DNA of 64,000 nucleotides from Rhodospirillales bacterium (GTDB lineage Bacteria > Pseudomonadota > Alphaproteobacteria > Rhodospirillales > UBA2165): NCBI GenBank assembly GCA_965213765.1, contig OZ243926.1, positions 2,370,971-2,434,970 on the forward strand, written 5' to 3'. A program made the position numbers and the translations under genes. Each line of letters begins with the position of its first letter. Within the stretch, counting starts at the first letter, position 1. Below, piece by piece: positions 55,040-64,000 of this stretch. The notes under the pieces are model-generated. The model made no database searches. It was not told where the DNA came from and saw only the letters and a list, made by a program, of their open reading frames with translations.

Positions 55040-56050
55040 ATGAAGCCGTTACATGCCGTCAAATTAATTTCGCTGCTCAGTGGCATCACCCTATTGAGCC
55101 TTACCGCTACCTCAGTTGCCGCGAAAGACTACATCCTTAACACCGCGTCTACGGGCGGAACCTATCATCCGGTGGGCACCGCCATCGCCACCTTGTCCAA
55201 GGTGAAGCTTCTGCCGAAGAAGAAGTTCAGCCTGACCGCTGTAAACTCCGCCGGTTCGGGTGCCAACGTCCAGGCCTTGGGCGCTAACACGGCACAGTTT
55301 GCAATTCTACAGGGTCTGTTCGGTTCCTACGCTGTGACCGGTACCGGCCCGGTGTCGGCGCCCCAGAAGAACCTGCGCTCGGTCACCATGCTTTGGCAGA
55401 ACGTCGAGCAGTTCGTGTTGTCAAATCAACACGTCAAGAAGGGCACGGTCAGCGACCTTGTAACCCTGAAGGGCATGTCCATGGGGATGGGTCGGCAAAA
55501 CTCCGGCACCATCGGTTCCAACCGAGTACTAATGTCCGGCCTCGGCGTCGACATCGCCAAAGACTATAAGCTGGTTTACGCGGGCTACGGTCCAACCGCC
55601 GATGCCCTGGCCAACGGACAGGCTGTCGGCGCTGGCATCCCCGCCGGGCCACCGACCGGTGCGATCACCAAGCTGATGGCGTCCAACGCCGCAAAGTTCA
55701 CGCTGCTCAACGTTACCCCCGATGAAGCCAAAAAAATGGACGGCGGACGCAATCTGTGGGTGCCCTACACCATTAAGGCCGGCACCTATCCGGGTCAGAC
55801 CAAAGACGTGCAAACCATCGCCCAACCGAACTTCCTCGGCGTGAACGCCGATGTGAATTCGGAGCACGTCTATCTGCTGATCAAGGCAATCTACGAGAAC
55901 CTGCCGTTCCTGCAGGCCATCCATCCGGCCACCAAGGCAATGGACGTGAAGAGGTCCATGGCCGGCTTGCCGGCGCCGTTGCACCCCGGTGCGGCGCGCT
56001 ACTACAAGGAAGTGGGACTTTCCATTCCCGCCCACCTGATGGCCAAGTAG
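55040..56050 (+). CDS. TAXI-family TRAP solute receptor
   Basis: Signal peptide; ..TASTGGTYHPVGTAIA.., ..AGTYPGQ.., ..PLHPGAARYYKE.. hallmark segments. Confidence 0.9.
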   Translation: MKPLHAVKLISLLSGITLLSLTATSVAAKDYILNTASTGGTYHPVGTAIATLSKVKLLPKKKFSLTAVNSAGSGANVQALGANTAQFAILQGLFGSYAVTGTGPVSAPQKNLRSVTMLWQNVEQFVLSNQHVKKGTVSDLVTLKGMSMGMGRQNSGTIGSNRVLMSGLGVDIAKDYKLVYAGYGPTADALANGQAVGAGIPAGPPTGAITKLMASNAAKFTLLNVTPDEAKKMDGGRNLWVPYTIKAGTYPGQTKDVQTIAQPNFLGVNADVNSEHVYLLIKAIYENLPFLQAIHPATKAMDVKRSMAGLPAPLHPGAARYYKEVGLSIPAHLMAK

Positions 56051-56141
56051 CCGGACACGTATCAGGAAGTTGCGGTGGCCGGCTGGCGGCCGGCCATCGC
56101 AACCATTCGCTACCGCCTGACATCTCTTTAAGATACGAGCC

Positions 56142-58322
56142 ATGACCGAATCTGCGCCACGCGGCCAGGATCAGGCCCGTCCTACGTCCCCGCAAAATGT
56201 TGACGGGAAGGGGGCGCCTATATTGCGGTTGTTTGATTTCGACCGCGCCATCAAAACGCCGGGACTGTCGACGCTGATCGTCGCACTGAGTTGTCTGTTC
56301 GGCGTCTGGCATATTCTCACAAATCTCATCCTGAACGAACCGGGAATGTGGCAGAACGCCATTCACTTCGCCGGGTTCGCCTTTTTGGCCGCTATTTCTC
56401 ACCCACTCTTGCGCCGCACCTCCAGGGGCTGGCCGGCAGCCATTGAATGGGCCTTTGGAACCTTGATTGCGCTGAGCGCCCTTTGGATCGCCTACAACGA
56501 ATCAGGGCTCTATGAGCGCACGCTCGCCAAGACCGGCCAGGAATGGCAGTTTTCGGGCCTAGACTGGATCACTGGGATGATCGTGATCGTCGGCGCTGTC
56601 GAACTGACTCGCCGAATGACCGGTTGGATCATTCCTGCGCTGGTGATTTTAGCACTCGCCTACAACATATTTCTCGGTGAGTACCTGCCAGGCGTGTTTC
56701 GGGCAGCAAGCCTGCCGGTCTCCGACGTCATGTTCCGTTCGCTCTACAATGACGAAGGAATGTTCGGGATCATCACCACCATCTCGTCAGCCAACATCAC
56801 ACTATTCATGATCTTCGGCGCCTTTCTGGCGAAATCCGGTGCGTCGGACTTTGTGATCGAAGTCGCCAGAGTTATTGCCGGACGCTTCAGAGGTGGTGCT
56901 GCCTTCGTCGCGGTCATCGCCTCGGCCCTGACCGGCACCATTTCAGGTTCAGCGGTCGCCAATACGGCGTCCACCGGCGTTATTACCATCCCGCTGATGA
57001 AGTCCAATGGATTTCAGGCGAAATTTGCCGCCGGTGTCGAGGCCTCAGCCTCCACCGGCGGACAACTCATGCCGCCGATCATGGGGGCGGGCGCCTTCGT
57101 CATGGTGTCCTATACGGGCATCCAATACGGCACGATCGTGCTGTTCTCCATCGTGCCGGCGATCCTCTATTTCCTGTCGGTCGCCTTCGTGATTCGTATC
57201 GAAGCGATGAAATCCAACATCAACGTCGTCGATGTGACCAAATTCGATCGGACAAAAATCGCCGCCGGTGCGCTTAATTTCGTCCTACCACTTGGTGTGC
57301 TGACATACCTGCTGGTCACCGGCCGGACCCCGAGCTACGCCGCCTGTGTCGCCATTGCCACCCTGGTGGTGGGCAGCTGGCTGACCCCCAATAAGATGGG
57401 GCCGGAAAAGATCGCCCGGGCCCTGACCCTCGGCATTCGCACTTCGATTATGACCGCCGTATTGCTGGTAACCGTCGGCCTGATCAATAACGCGGTGACC
57501 ACGTCCGGCCTCGCCAACACGTTCGCCCTGATGATCGCCGAATGGTCGCAAGGCTCGCTGATCGTCGCCCTGGTCCTGGTGGCACTGGCCTCGTTGGTCC
57601 TCGGCATGGGTCTGCCGGTAACCGCCGCCTATATCGTGCTCTCCATCCTTTCGGCCCCCGCCATTGCCGGAATGCTGGCCGACAGCATTGTCGTGGATCT
57701 TTTGGCGGCGGGTATCGCTGATCCTGCCAAGGCGGCCATGTTCAGCCTTGTTGACTCGCCCCACGCGGCCAAGGTAGCGGCCGGGATGAACTTGGCAGAG
57801 GCGCGGCAACTGGTCGATGCCATTCCGTTCGAACTCGCCATCGTTATCCGCCCGGCCTTGGTTGATACCGACTTGATGACGACCTTCCTGCTGACGGCGC
57901 ATCTGATCGTTTTCTGGCTGAGCCAGGATTCCAACGTCACACCGCCGGTCTGCTTGGCCGCGTTTACCGCCGCCGGCATCGCCGGGTCCAAGCCGATGGC
58001 CACGGGCGTCTCTGCATGGAAGATTGCCAAGGGCCTCTATATCGTGCCGGTGTTGTTCGCCTACACGCCCCTGGTCGGTGGAACCGTCGCCGAAATCATG
58101 CAGGTTGGGATATTTAGTCTGTTCGGCATCTATGCCTCGAACGCGCTCATCCAACGCTACGCGGAGGGCCCCCTATCGGTGGCGAGCCTCCCGCTTCTCG
58201 TCGCTGGTGCGGCACTGAGCTTTTGGCCACTGGCTCTGTCAGCCAATCTCCTAGGCGCCTCAATGGTCACCCTGGCCGTGATCATCACGCGCAGAGCCTC
58301 AAGGCAGCGCGTCGACAACTAA
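56142..58322 (+). CDS. TRAP transporter fused 4TM/12TM permease (TAXI type)
   Basis: 726-aa polytopic protein immediately downstream of the TAXI receptor gene. Confidence 0.9.
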   Translation: MTESAPRGQDQARPTSPQNVDGKGAPILRLFDFDRAIKTPGLSTLIVALSCLFGVWHILTNLILNEPGMWQNAIHFAGFAFLAAISHPLLRRTSRGWPAAIEWAFGTLIALSALWIAYNESGLYERTLAKTGQEWQFSGLDWITGMIVIVGAVELTRRMTGWIIPALVILALAYNIFLGEYLPGVFRAASLPVSDVMFRSLYNDEGMFGIITTISSANITLFMIFGAFLAKSGASDFVIEVARVIAGRFRGGAAFVAVIASALTGTISGSAVANTASTGVITIPLMKSNGFQAKFAAGVEASASTGGQLMPPIMGAGAFVMVSYTGIQYGTIVLFSIVPAILYFLSVAFVIRIEAMKSNINVVDVTKFDRTKIAAGALNFVLPLGVLTYLLVTGRTPSYAACVAIATLVVGSWLTPNKMGPEKIARALTLGIRTSIMTAVLLVTVGLINNAVTTSGLANTFALMIAEWSQGSLIVALVLVALASLVLGMGLPVTAAYIVLSILSAPAIAGMLADSIVVDLLAAGIADPAKAAMFSLVDSPHAAKVAAGMNLAEARQLVDAIPFELAIVIRPALVDTDLMTTFLLTAHLIVFWLSQDSNVTPPVCLAAFTAAGIAGSKPMATGVSAWKIAKGLYIVPVLFAYTPLVGGTVAEIMQVGIFSLFGIYASNALIQRYAEGPLSVASLPLLVAGAALSFWPLALSANLLGASMVTLAVIITRRASRQRVDN

Positions 58323-58330
58323 TTTGCTCT

Positions 58331-58670
58331 TGTGTCAACGGCGGAGCAAAAAGGGACCACTGGAGCGGCGTAAAAAGGGGGCCACTCGGTATTTGAGGCT
58401 TGTCCCGGTAGCCCCATAGGAGGGACCCGCGGGCGGCGCGGCGTGCCTCTCAGCTGGCTGAGGCGGTGGCGCGCGTGGGAGGGACCTGTGGACCCACGGG
58501 GGCAAGCGAGGCGAGGTAGGTCAGGCTGATTTTTCGGGTTTTCTGCGGTTTTTGCTCTGGTTGAGCCGGTAGCTCTCGCCGTTCATCTCGAGAATATGGA
58601 CGTGGTGGGTAAGGCGATCGAGAAGCGCGCCGGTGACCCGAAGCGCAATTGGGGACCTGGCCCCGAACAG
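58331..58670 (-). mobile_element. IS21-family 3' remnant (IstB C-terminal ~50 codons plus terminal repeats)
   Basis: Own translation ..FGARSPIALRVTGALLDRLTHHVHILEMNGESYRLNQSKNRRKPEKSA-stop (stop at 58521-58523). Terminus tgtgtcaacggcgg with repeated aaaaaggg(a/g)ccact motifs. Confidence 0.6.
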
Positions 58671-58930
58671 CCATCATGACCTTCCCCGATCCCCGTACAA
58701 TGGATTGGTGGCCGGAATAACCGCCCAGAGACTTTTGGCAATTCGGGGCCGGAAACCCGCCGAGCGACGGTCTCTCGGCGGCGGTCCGGCCTAAGTGGCC
58801 GCTTCTGGCCATGTGTGGGCGGCTCCCTGTCGGCAAGGGTTATTTGGAGCTTATGCAGAGCCGGTCGGTGCTGCCATGGGTGCAGAGCGCTCTTGTCTGT
58901 GCCGCAACGTGGTCGGTCAGCTCTGAGAGG

Positions 58931-60418
58931 CTACCTCTTGGCCTGCGGAGACTGAAATTGAATGGAGTCTTGGCCAGCCTGGGCGGCAATAGCAGAGAAC
59001 TCGTTGCGATTCAGAAGTTCTCGAACCAGCTTTATCATTGGCCTTTCACCGGTCGTATACATTCGGGGCGGTCCCGCCTCGTACATCTCTTCGATTTCCC
59101 CCAAGGGCGCGATATAGCGGAGTATGAGATCATCGTCTGACAAATCCGGTCCACCGAGCTTCTGCCTCACTTCGGAGATCCCCAACTCCTCAACTTCCCA
59201 GTTCTCAAATCGTTTTGCACGCGGAGCGCTGAGGATTCGGTCCTTCACCTCAGGATCGATGTCCGCGGCGGCCTCTTTTCCCCAGTGTCCCATTACGAGT
59301 TGAATAATTTCATCTGTGATCTGCTTATATCGCTCACCTGAAATCACGTTCAGCGCGGATTGTGAACACACGAACTGTGAAAACGGCGTAACCATGATCG
59401 GGTAGCCGAGTTCCGCCCTGACTTTGCCCACCTCAACCAGCACCTCCTCCAGCCGGTCGACGACGCCGATCTGGTTGAGCTGGTGCTTGAGGTGTGAAAT
59501 GACACCCCCTGGTACGTGGTGGACATACTGACCGAGGTCGTATTCAAGGGGAGCGCCGATCGCCAATCCCTCTCGTTCCGCGATTTCCATGAAGTGTTCG
59601 GAAACCGGCTCCAGTTTCGAGACATCGATGGTCGGCTCCAGACCGAGCAGGCGTGCGTTATTCCCGACATTGAAGACCGAGGGCTGTGAGGAACCGTCGG
59701 CCAGTGGAGGAATTGCGGTATGGACAGTTTCGACGCCCAATTCCATCGCCTCCGCATAACACGCCTGCATAAGGCCTGTATTGCAGTGACCATGAAACTC
59801 GATCGGGACATTGCCGGCATTTGACAATACGCTTGGTACAAGCGTTTTGGTCCGCTCGGGAGTCAAAAGCCCCGAAGGATCCTTGATAAAGATCGCGTCG
59901 GGATTAAACGCCGCTGCTTGTGCCGTCTTGGCCGCGTAGTAATCGTCGGTGTGTTTTGGGGAAAGTGAATAGACCAGACCAATAACGATCTGCATTCCTT
60001 CTGTGCGTATCATCTCCAAGACGGCCGGCATCCGGTTTTCGAAATCGTTGGACGACTCGATTATTTGGCAACGATTGATGCCGTGGGCAGCCAGCCGTTC
60101 GACATAAACTTTGAGAACGGAATATGGCGTGATGTCGAACACGGTGACGGTTGGGGCCATCATGAAGGCGGTCGGCGTCGTCCGGATCTTCTCCGCCATG
60201 AGACTCATTCGATCCCATGGATTTTCCTTTAATTCCCGGATGCACTTCCTGAGATGACCTGCGCCACACACTTCAATTGATTTGAAGCCGACATCGTCAA
60301 GCTGCTCGCCCACGGGGACCATCATTCCGGTCCGCATCCCCATTGCCCAAAGGCTATGATGACCATCCCTCAGCGTCGTATCGACGAACTTGATTTGCCT
60401 CAAATCTCCAACTCCCAA
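58931..60418 (-). CDS. Carboxyltransferase subunit (5S / oxaloacetate-decarboxylase-alpha-like, HMGL fold) lacking a biotinyl domain
   Basis: ..IKFVDTTLRDGHHSLWA.., ..EFHGHCNTGL.. TTG start abuts the biotin-carboxylase stop. Confidence 0.85.
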   Translation of the reverse strand: MGVGDLRQIKFVDTTLRDGHHSLWAMGMRTGMMVPVGEQLDDVGFKSIEVCGAGHLRKCIRELKENPWDRMSLMAEKIRTTPTAFMMAPTVTVFDITPYSVLKVYVERLAAHGINRCQIIESSNDFENRMPAVLEMIRTEGMQIVIGLVYSLSPKHTDDYYAAKTAQAAAFNPDAIFIKDPSGLLTPERTKTLVPSVLSNAGNVPIEFHGHCNTGLMQACYAEAMELGVETVHTAIPPLADGSSQPSVFNVGNNARLLGLEPTIDVSKLEPVSEHFMEIAEREGLAIGAPLEYDLGQYVHHVPGGVISHLKHQLNQIGVVDRLEEVLVEVGKVRAELGYPIMVTPFSQFVCSQSALNVISGERYKQITDEIIQLVMGHWGKEAAADIDPEVKDRILSAPRAKRFENWEVEELGISEVRQKLGGPDLSDDDLILRYIAPLGEIEEMYEAGPPRMYTTGERPMIKLVRELLNRNEFSAIAAQAGQDSIQFQSPQAKR

Positions 60419-61801
60419 CTAGGACTCATCGTGGTCCTGCCGTTGCGTCAACATGTCATCAATCGTGCGAGTGTTGTGCTGTTGTTGAACAAATTTCTCG
60501 TCCGCAAGCAGCGACAAAAGGAACTCTCTATTTGTCGCAATTCCCTCGACGACGAGATCCTCAATCGCGCCTGAGAGCTTCTTGATTGACTGGAACCGGT
60601 CCGGCGCAAGCACGATAATCTTGGCAATCATAGAGTCGTAGAAGGGCGGTACAAGGCTTCCGCTCTCGCAGTAGGTATCAACCCGAATGCCGTCGCCGGC
60701 CGGGGCTTGCCAGGCAGTTATCCTGCCTGGCGAAGGACGAAAGTTCTCCTCCGGCACTTCAGCGGTGATCCTCGCTTCGATGGCATGGCCGGAAAGCACC
60801 ACCGCGTCCCTGGAAATGCCGAGAGTCTCCCCCCGGCCCACACGAATTTGTTCGGCCACGATATCGACTCCGGTCACCATTTCCGTCACGGGATGTTCGA
60901 CTTGTAGCCGGGTATTCATTTCGAGGAAATAGAAGTTCTCCTCTTTCTTGTCATAGAGAAATTCAATGGTGCCAGCATTTACATACTTAACGTTCTCGGT
61001 GATACCGATCGCCGCTGCCCGCATGCGGTCGAGCACTGCATCTGGAATATTCGTCGCTGGAGCCTCTTCAATGACCTTTTGGTGGCAACGCTGAAGCGAA
61101 CAATCCCGTTCCCCAAGATGGACCACGTTGCCGGATTCATCACCGAGGACCTGAACCTCGACATGGCGGGCATCCTCGAGGAACTTTTCGACATAGAGCG
61201 TGGCGTCACCAAAAGCAGCCTCGGCTTCGGTTGCTGTCATTACCAAGGCGCTTTCCAATTCGGCTTCGCTCCGCACGACTTTCATACCGCGGCCACCGCC
61301 GCCGGAGGCCGCCTTGATCAGGATCGGATAACCTATTTCGGCAGCTGCCGATCGCGCCTCATCAGGCTCAGCGACCTTTTTCGAGCCGGGCAACAGAGGT
61401 ACGCCGCTCTCTTCGGCGATATTGCGTGCCGCCAGCTTGTTTCCGAGGAGTTCGATCGTGTCGGCGTCGGGTCCGATAAACGAAACACAATTCTCTGCGC
61501 AAAGGCTCGCGAGGGAGGACTGCTCCGAGAGGAAACCATAGCCCGGATGGATTGCGTCGCATTCGGCACCGAGCGCCGCCTGTACGATCAGATCGGGCCT
61601 AAGATAACTGTCTCGCGCCGGCCCCGGTCCGATGCAGACCGCGCGGGTTGCCTGCCGAGCCGGCAGACTATCCCTGTCGGCAGCGGACACGGCGAGAATG
61701 GATTCTATCCCCTGAGAGTCGCAGGCCCGAATAATGCGAGCGGCGATTTCCCCGCGATTGGCCACCAAAATTCGGTTGATTGGACGTCTAAGGCCGATCA
61801 T
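60419..61801 (-). CDS. accC: Biotin carboxylase subunit
   Basis: ..ILVANRGEIAARIIRAC.., ..YPILIKAASGGGGRGMKVV.., ..EMNTRLQVEHPVTE. Confidence 0.95.
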   Translation of the reverse strand: MIGLRRPINRILVANRGEIAARIIRACDSQGIESILAVSAADRDSLPARQATRAVCIGPGPARDSYLRPDLIVQAALGAECDAIHPGYGFLSEQSSLASLCAENCVSFIGPDADTIELLGNKLAARNIAEESGVPLLPGSKKVAEPDEARSAAAEIGYPILIKAASGGGGRGMKVVRSEAELESALVMTATEAEAAFGDATLYVEKFLEDARHVEVQVLGDESGNVVHLGERDCSLQRCHQKVIEEAPATNIPDAVLDRMRAAAIGITENVKYVNAGTIEFLYDKKEENFYFLEMNTRLQVEHPVTEMVTGVDIVAEQIRVGRGETLGISRDAVVLSGHAIEARITAEVPEENFRPSPGRITAWQAPAGDGIRVDTYCESGSLVPPFYDSMIAKIIVLAPDRFQSIKKLSGAIEDLVVEGIATNREFLLSLLADEKFVQQQHNTRTIDDMLTQRQDHDES

Positions 61802-62348
61802 CGGGCGTGATCAGCATTAGTATCTGGTCGTGCTCAACCATTGCATTGTCTTCTACGAGCACTCGCTCCAGAGTTCCCGACACCTCGGCGGTGATTGCCG
61901 TGAAGACTTTCATCACTTCGATGAGGCAGAGCGTATCGCCTTCTTCCACTCGCTCGCCCTCCTCCACAAATGGAGGCGCACTGGGCTCGGGTCGGCGATA
62001 GAATATTCCCACTGTCGGCGACTTGACGGAAACACCGGAACCGGTATCGACCGTATCGACGGCGGGAGCAGGTGTCGTAGGCATGGGCGAGGAGTCGGAT
62101 GTTCCCGCGGCCTCGGAGGCCTGTACGGGAGGTGGTGACGGGTCTTGGCCGGCGGACGTTGGTGTGGTCGAAAATTGAGATAACTCAGTTGGATCGAATG
62201 CGCCGCCCTCGCCCCCTCTTTTCAACGAGAGTTTCAGCCCCTTCCATTCAATATGAATTACATCGAATGGAGCGCTGTCTATGACCTTCAGTAGTTGCTC
62301 AATGTCGGATCGTGTCAGTTCCATTTGAGATTCAATTCTTGTAGCCAC
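61788..62348 (-). CDS. Biotin carboxyl carrier protein with a long Pro/Ser/Thr-rich linker
   Basis: C-terminal ..GDTLCLIEVMKVFTAITAEVSGTL.. biotinyl-lysine motif (E-V-M-K-V variant of EAMKM). Confidence 0.85.
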   Translation of the reverse strand: MATRIESQMELTRSDIEQLLKVIDSAPFDVIHIEWKGLKLSLKRGGEGGAFDPTELSQFSTTPTSAGQDPSPPPVQASEAAGTSDSSPMPTTPAPAVDTVDTGSGVSVKSPTVGIFYRRPEPSAPPFVEEGERVEEGDTLCLIEVMKVFTAITAEVSGTLERVLVEDNAMVEHDQILMLITPDDRP

Positions 62349-62383
62349 GGTTTCCTATGTCCAGGAACGTTTCGCTGATGCAC

Positions 62384-63379
62384 CTATGAATTTTTCTCGG
62401 CCAACAGACAAGCCACCTGATGACCGGGCGCGGTAAACTCGAGCCCGGGCGCTTGTGATCGGCAGTCCTGCGTCGCGATCGGGCACCTTGGGTGAAAACG
62501 GCATCCCGTCGGCGGCGAGAGGGGAGAAGGCAATTCGCCTTCCAGTCCTGGTTCGTCTGTCAGGCGCTTGTCCAACCCGGGAACCTCGGCGAGCAAGGCC
62601 TTTGTGTAGGGATGTTGAGGGTTTTCGAGCAGTTCCTTGGTAGGCGCGAGTTCAACGATTTGTCCCAGGTACATGACGGCGATCCTGTCGGACACATGCT
62701 CAACGACGCTGATATCGTGGCTGATAAAGAGGTACGACAGGTTCAGCTCATCCCGCAGAACCAGGAACAAGTTGATGATCTGGGCCTGAATGGACACGTC
62801 GAGAGAGGCAACCGCTTCGTCACAGATCACGACGCTTGGATCTACTGCTAAGGCTCTGGCGATGCATATCCTTTGCCGCTGCCCGCCGGAGAATTGATGC
62901 GGGTACCGGTTTAGGGCGTCTTCTCGCAGACCCACACGCTTTAGAGCTTCGATTGCAAACCCGCGGGCCTCGGAGCGTTTGATCAACCCATGTGCAATTG
63001 GGGCTTCGGCAATCGTGTCAACGATACGCTGACGAGGATCCAAAGCGGCGGCCGGGTTCTGAAAAACCATCTGCACGCCAAGACCGGAACCGTCCTTTTG
63101 CCGGGTCTTGTTCACAATCGGGCGGTCGTTGAAAAAAACCTCGCCTGAGTCCTGTGGGAGGATGCCGGCAACGATCCGGCCAAGCGTGGACTTGCCGCAG
63201 CCCGACTCGCCAACGAGGCCCACCACCTCGCCCTGTGCGATTTCGAGATCAACACCGTCGACCGCACGAAGGGCGCGGGCTGAGGATTTTGCGCCAAACG
63301 CAGTTGCAATCCTGTCCGCCAAATCCGGCTTGGTAACAAAGCTGCGGTGCACGGATCTGAGCTCAATGACGTTTGACAT
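62384..63379 (-). CDS. Peptide ABC transporter ATP-binding protein (DppF/OppF-like)
   Basis: GESGCGKST Walker A, FSGGQRQR signature, C-terminal oligopeptide-type extension with Cys residues. Confidence 0.9.
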   Translation of the reverse strand: MSNVIELRSVHRSFVTKPDLADRIATAFGAKSSARALRAVDGVDLEIAQGEVVGLVGESGCGKSTLGRIVAGILPQDSGEVFFNDRPIVNKTRQKDGSGLGVQMVFQNPAAALDPRQRIVDTIAEAPIAHGLIKRSEARGFAIEALKRVGLREDALNRYPHQFSGGQRQRICIARALAVDPSVVICDEAVASLDVSIQAQIINLFLVLRDELNLSYLFISHDISVVEHVSDRIAVMYLGQIVELAPTKELLENPQHPYTKALLAEVPGLDKRLTDEPGLEGELPSPLSPPTGCRFHPRCPIATQDCRSQAPGLEFTAPGHQVACLLAEKNS

Positions 63380-63380
63380 T

Positions 63381-64000
63381 TCAAGCCGCCTCATTGAGTG
63401 GTGAAACACAGCGGACTGCGTGTTCGGCCGATGTTGAAATGAGCTCAGGCAGCACGTCGCATGCCGCCGAGGCCTGCGCGCAGCGCGGTGCAAAAGCACA
63501 GCCAACCGGCAGGTTCGATAATTGCGGCAGCCCCCCAGGGATGGAGCGCAACCTCTCGCCGCGTTTTGAATTTGTCGGCATGCTCGCGATCAGCCCTGCC
63601 GTATATGGGTGAGAGGGTGTTTTCAGGAGCCTATTTGTTAGCCCTTGTTCCACGATACGCCCGGCATACATCACGGCAACCCGATGCGCGATCTGGGCGA
63701 CGACGCCAAGATCATGCGAAACCCAAATGAGTGCCGTCCCGGCGTCCTTACATAGTCGCCGTACGTCGCGCAGGATCTGCGCCTGGATTGTGACGTCCAA
63801 TGCCGTGGTGGGTTCATCCGCGATGATCAAATCTGGTTCGTTCAAGAGCGCGGTGGCGATGACCACACGCTGCCGCATGCCGCCCGAAAACTGATGGGGG
63901 TAGGACTGGAGTCGTTCTTCCGGGCTGCTGATGCCAACCCTGACCATTGCCTCTAGAACGATGCGCTTCGCGGCGTCTTTCGAGATGTCGCGGTGGGCCT
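63381..64000 (-). CDS. Peptide ABC transporter ATP-binding protein (DppD/OppD-like), 5' end beyond the right window edge
   Basis: ..[38 protein letters not shown].. The frame remains open to 64000. Confidence 0.9.
   Translation of the reverse strand, partial: AHRDISKDAAKRIVLEAMVRVGISSPEERLQSYPHQFSGGMRQRVVIATALLNEPDLIIADEPTTALDVTIQAQILRDVRRLCKDAGTALIWVSHDLGVVAQIAHRVAVMYAGRIVEQGLTNRLLKTPSHPYTAGLIASMPTNSKRGERLRSIPGGLPQLSNLPVGCAFAPRCAQASAACDVLPELISTSAEHAVRCVSPLNEAA

Noticed and set aside
57285-58154. 289-aa minus-strand ORF
   Set aside because: It is antisense to the fused TRAP permease and has His/Arg/Gly/Asp-rich non-protein-like composition.

Overview
Mosaic, IS-scarred accessory region of a high-GC, alphaproteobacterium-like replicon. 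All functional calls come from my own translation and recalled family motifs; no database search was run.

- 1-12.4 kb: transfer and leading region of a conjugative element. It holds a TrwC-type relaxase-helicase that runs off the left edge and is therefore missing from the ORF track, a putative oriT, DUF2493, DUF4326, SSB, an XRE regulator, a six-fold zinc-ribbon repeat protein, and a decayed RelE-type toxin with an intact antitoxin. It ends against a 3'-truncated GST.
- 13-26.6 kb: a GlxA-linked TRAP transporter, then IS6/IS21 debris enclosing a repeat lipoprotein. Next is a ~7 kb module (OsmC, VOC, SnoaL, peptide ABC importer with a broken binding protein, GntR, hyuB stub) bracketed by inverted IS6 remnants.
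- 26.6-38.1 kb: an ~11.5 kb, heavily decayed integrase island. It is bounded by a 14-bp direct repeat that splits an IS6 end.
- 38-47.7 kb: a second TRAP system, then a TetR-associated cluster. The cluster encodes two Cys-type GSTs, an arylsulfotransferase-like protein, an alkyl/aryl-sulfatase, and a deiodinase-like gene with an in-frame TGA plus a SECIS-like hairpin.
- 48-64 kb: gene fragments, an EF-hand protein, a VOC protein, a DctB/DctD-like pair with a sigma-54 promoter and a TAXI-TRAP system, an IS21 stub, a three-gene biotin carboxylase, and peptide ABC ATPases.

The strongest leads are the candidate selenoprotein with its dehalogenation/desulfation cluster, and a 54/27-nt repeat inserted in frame three times in the relaxase gene.
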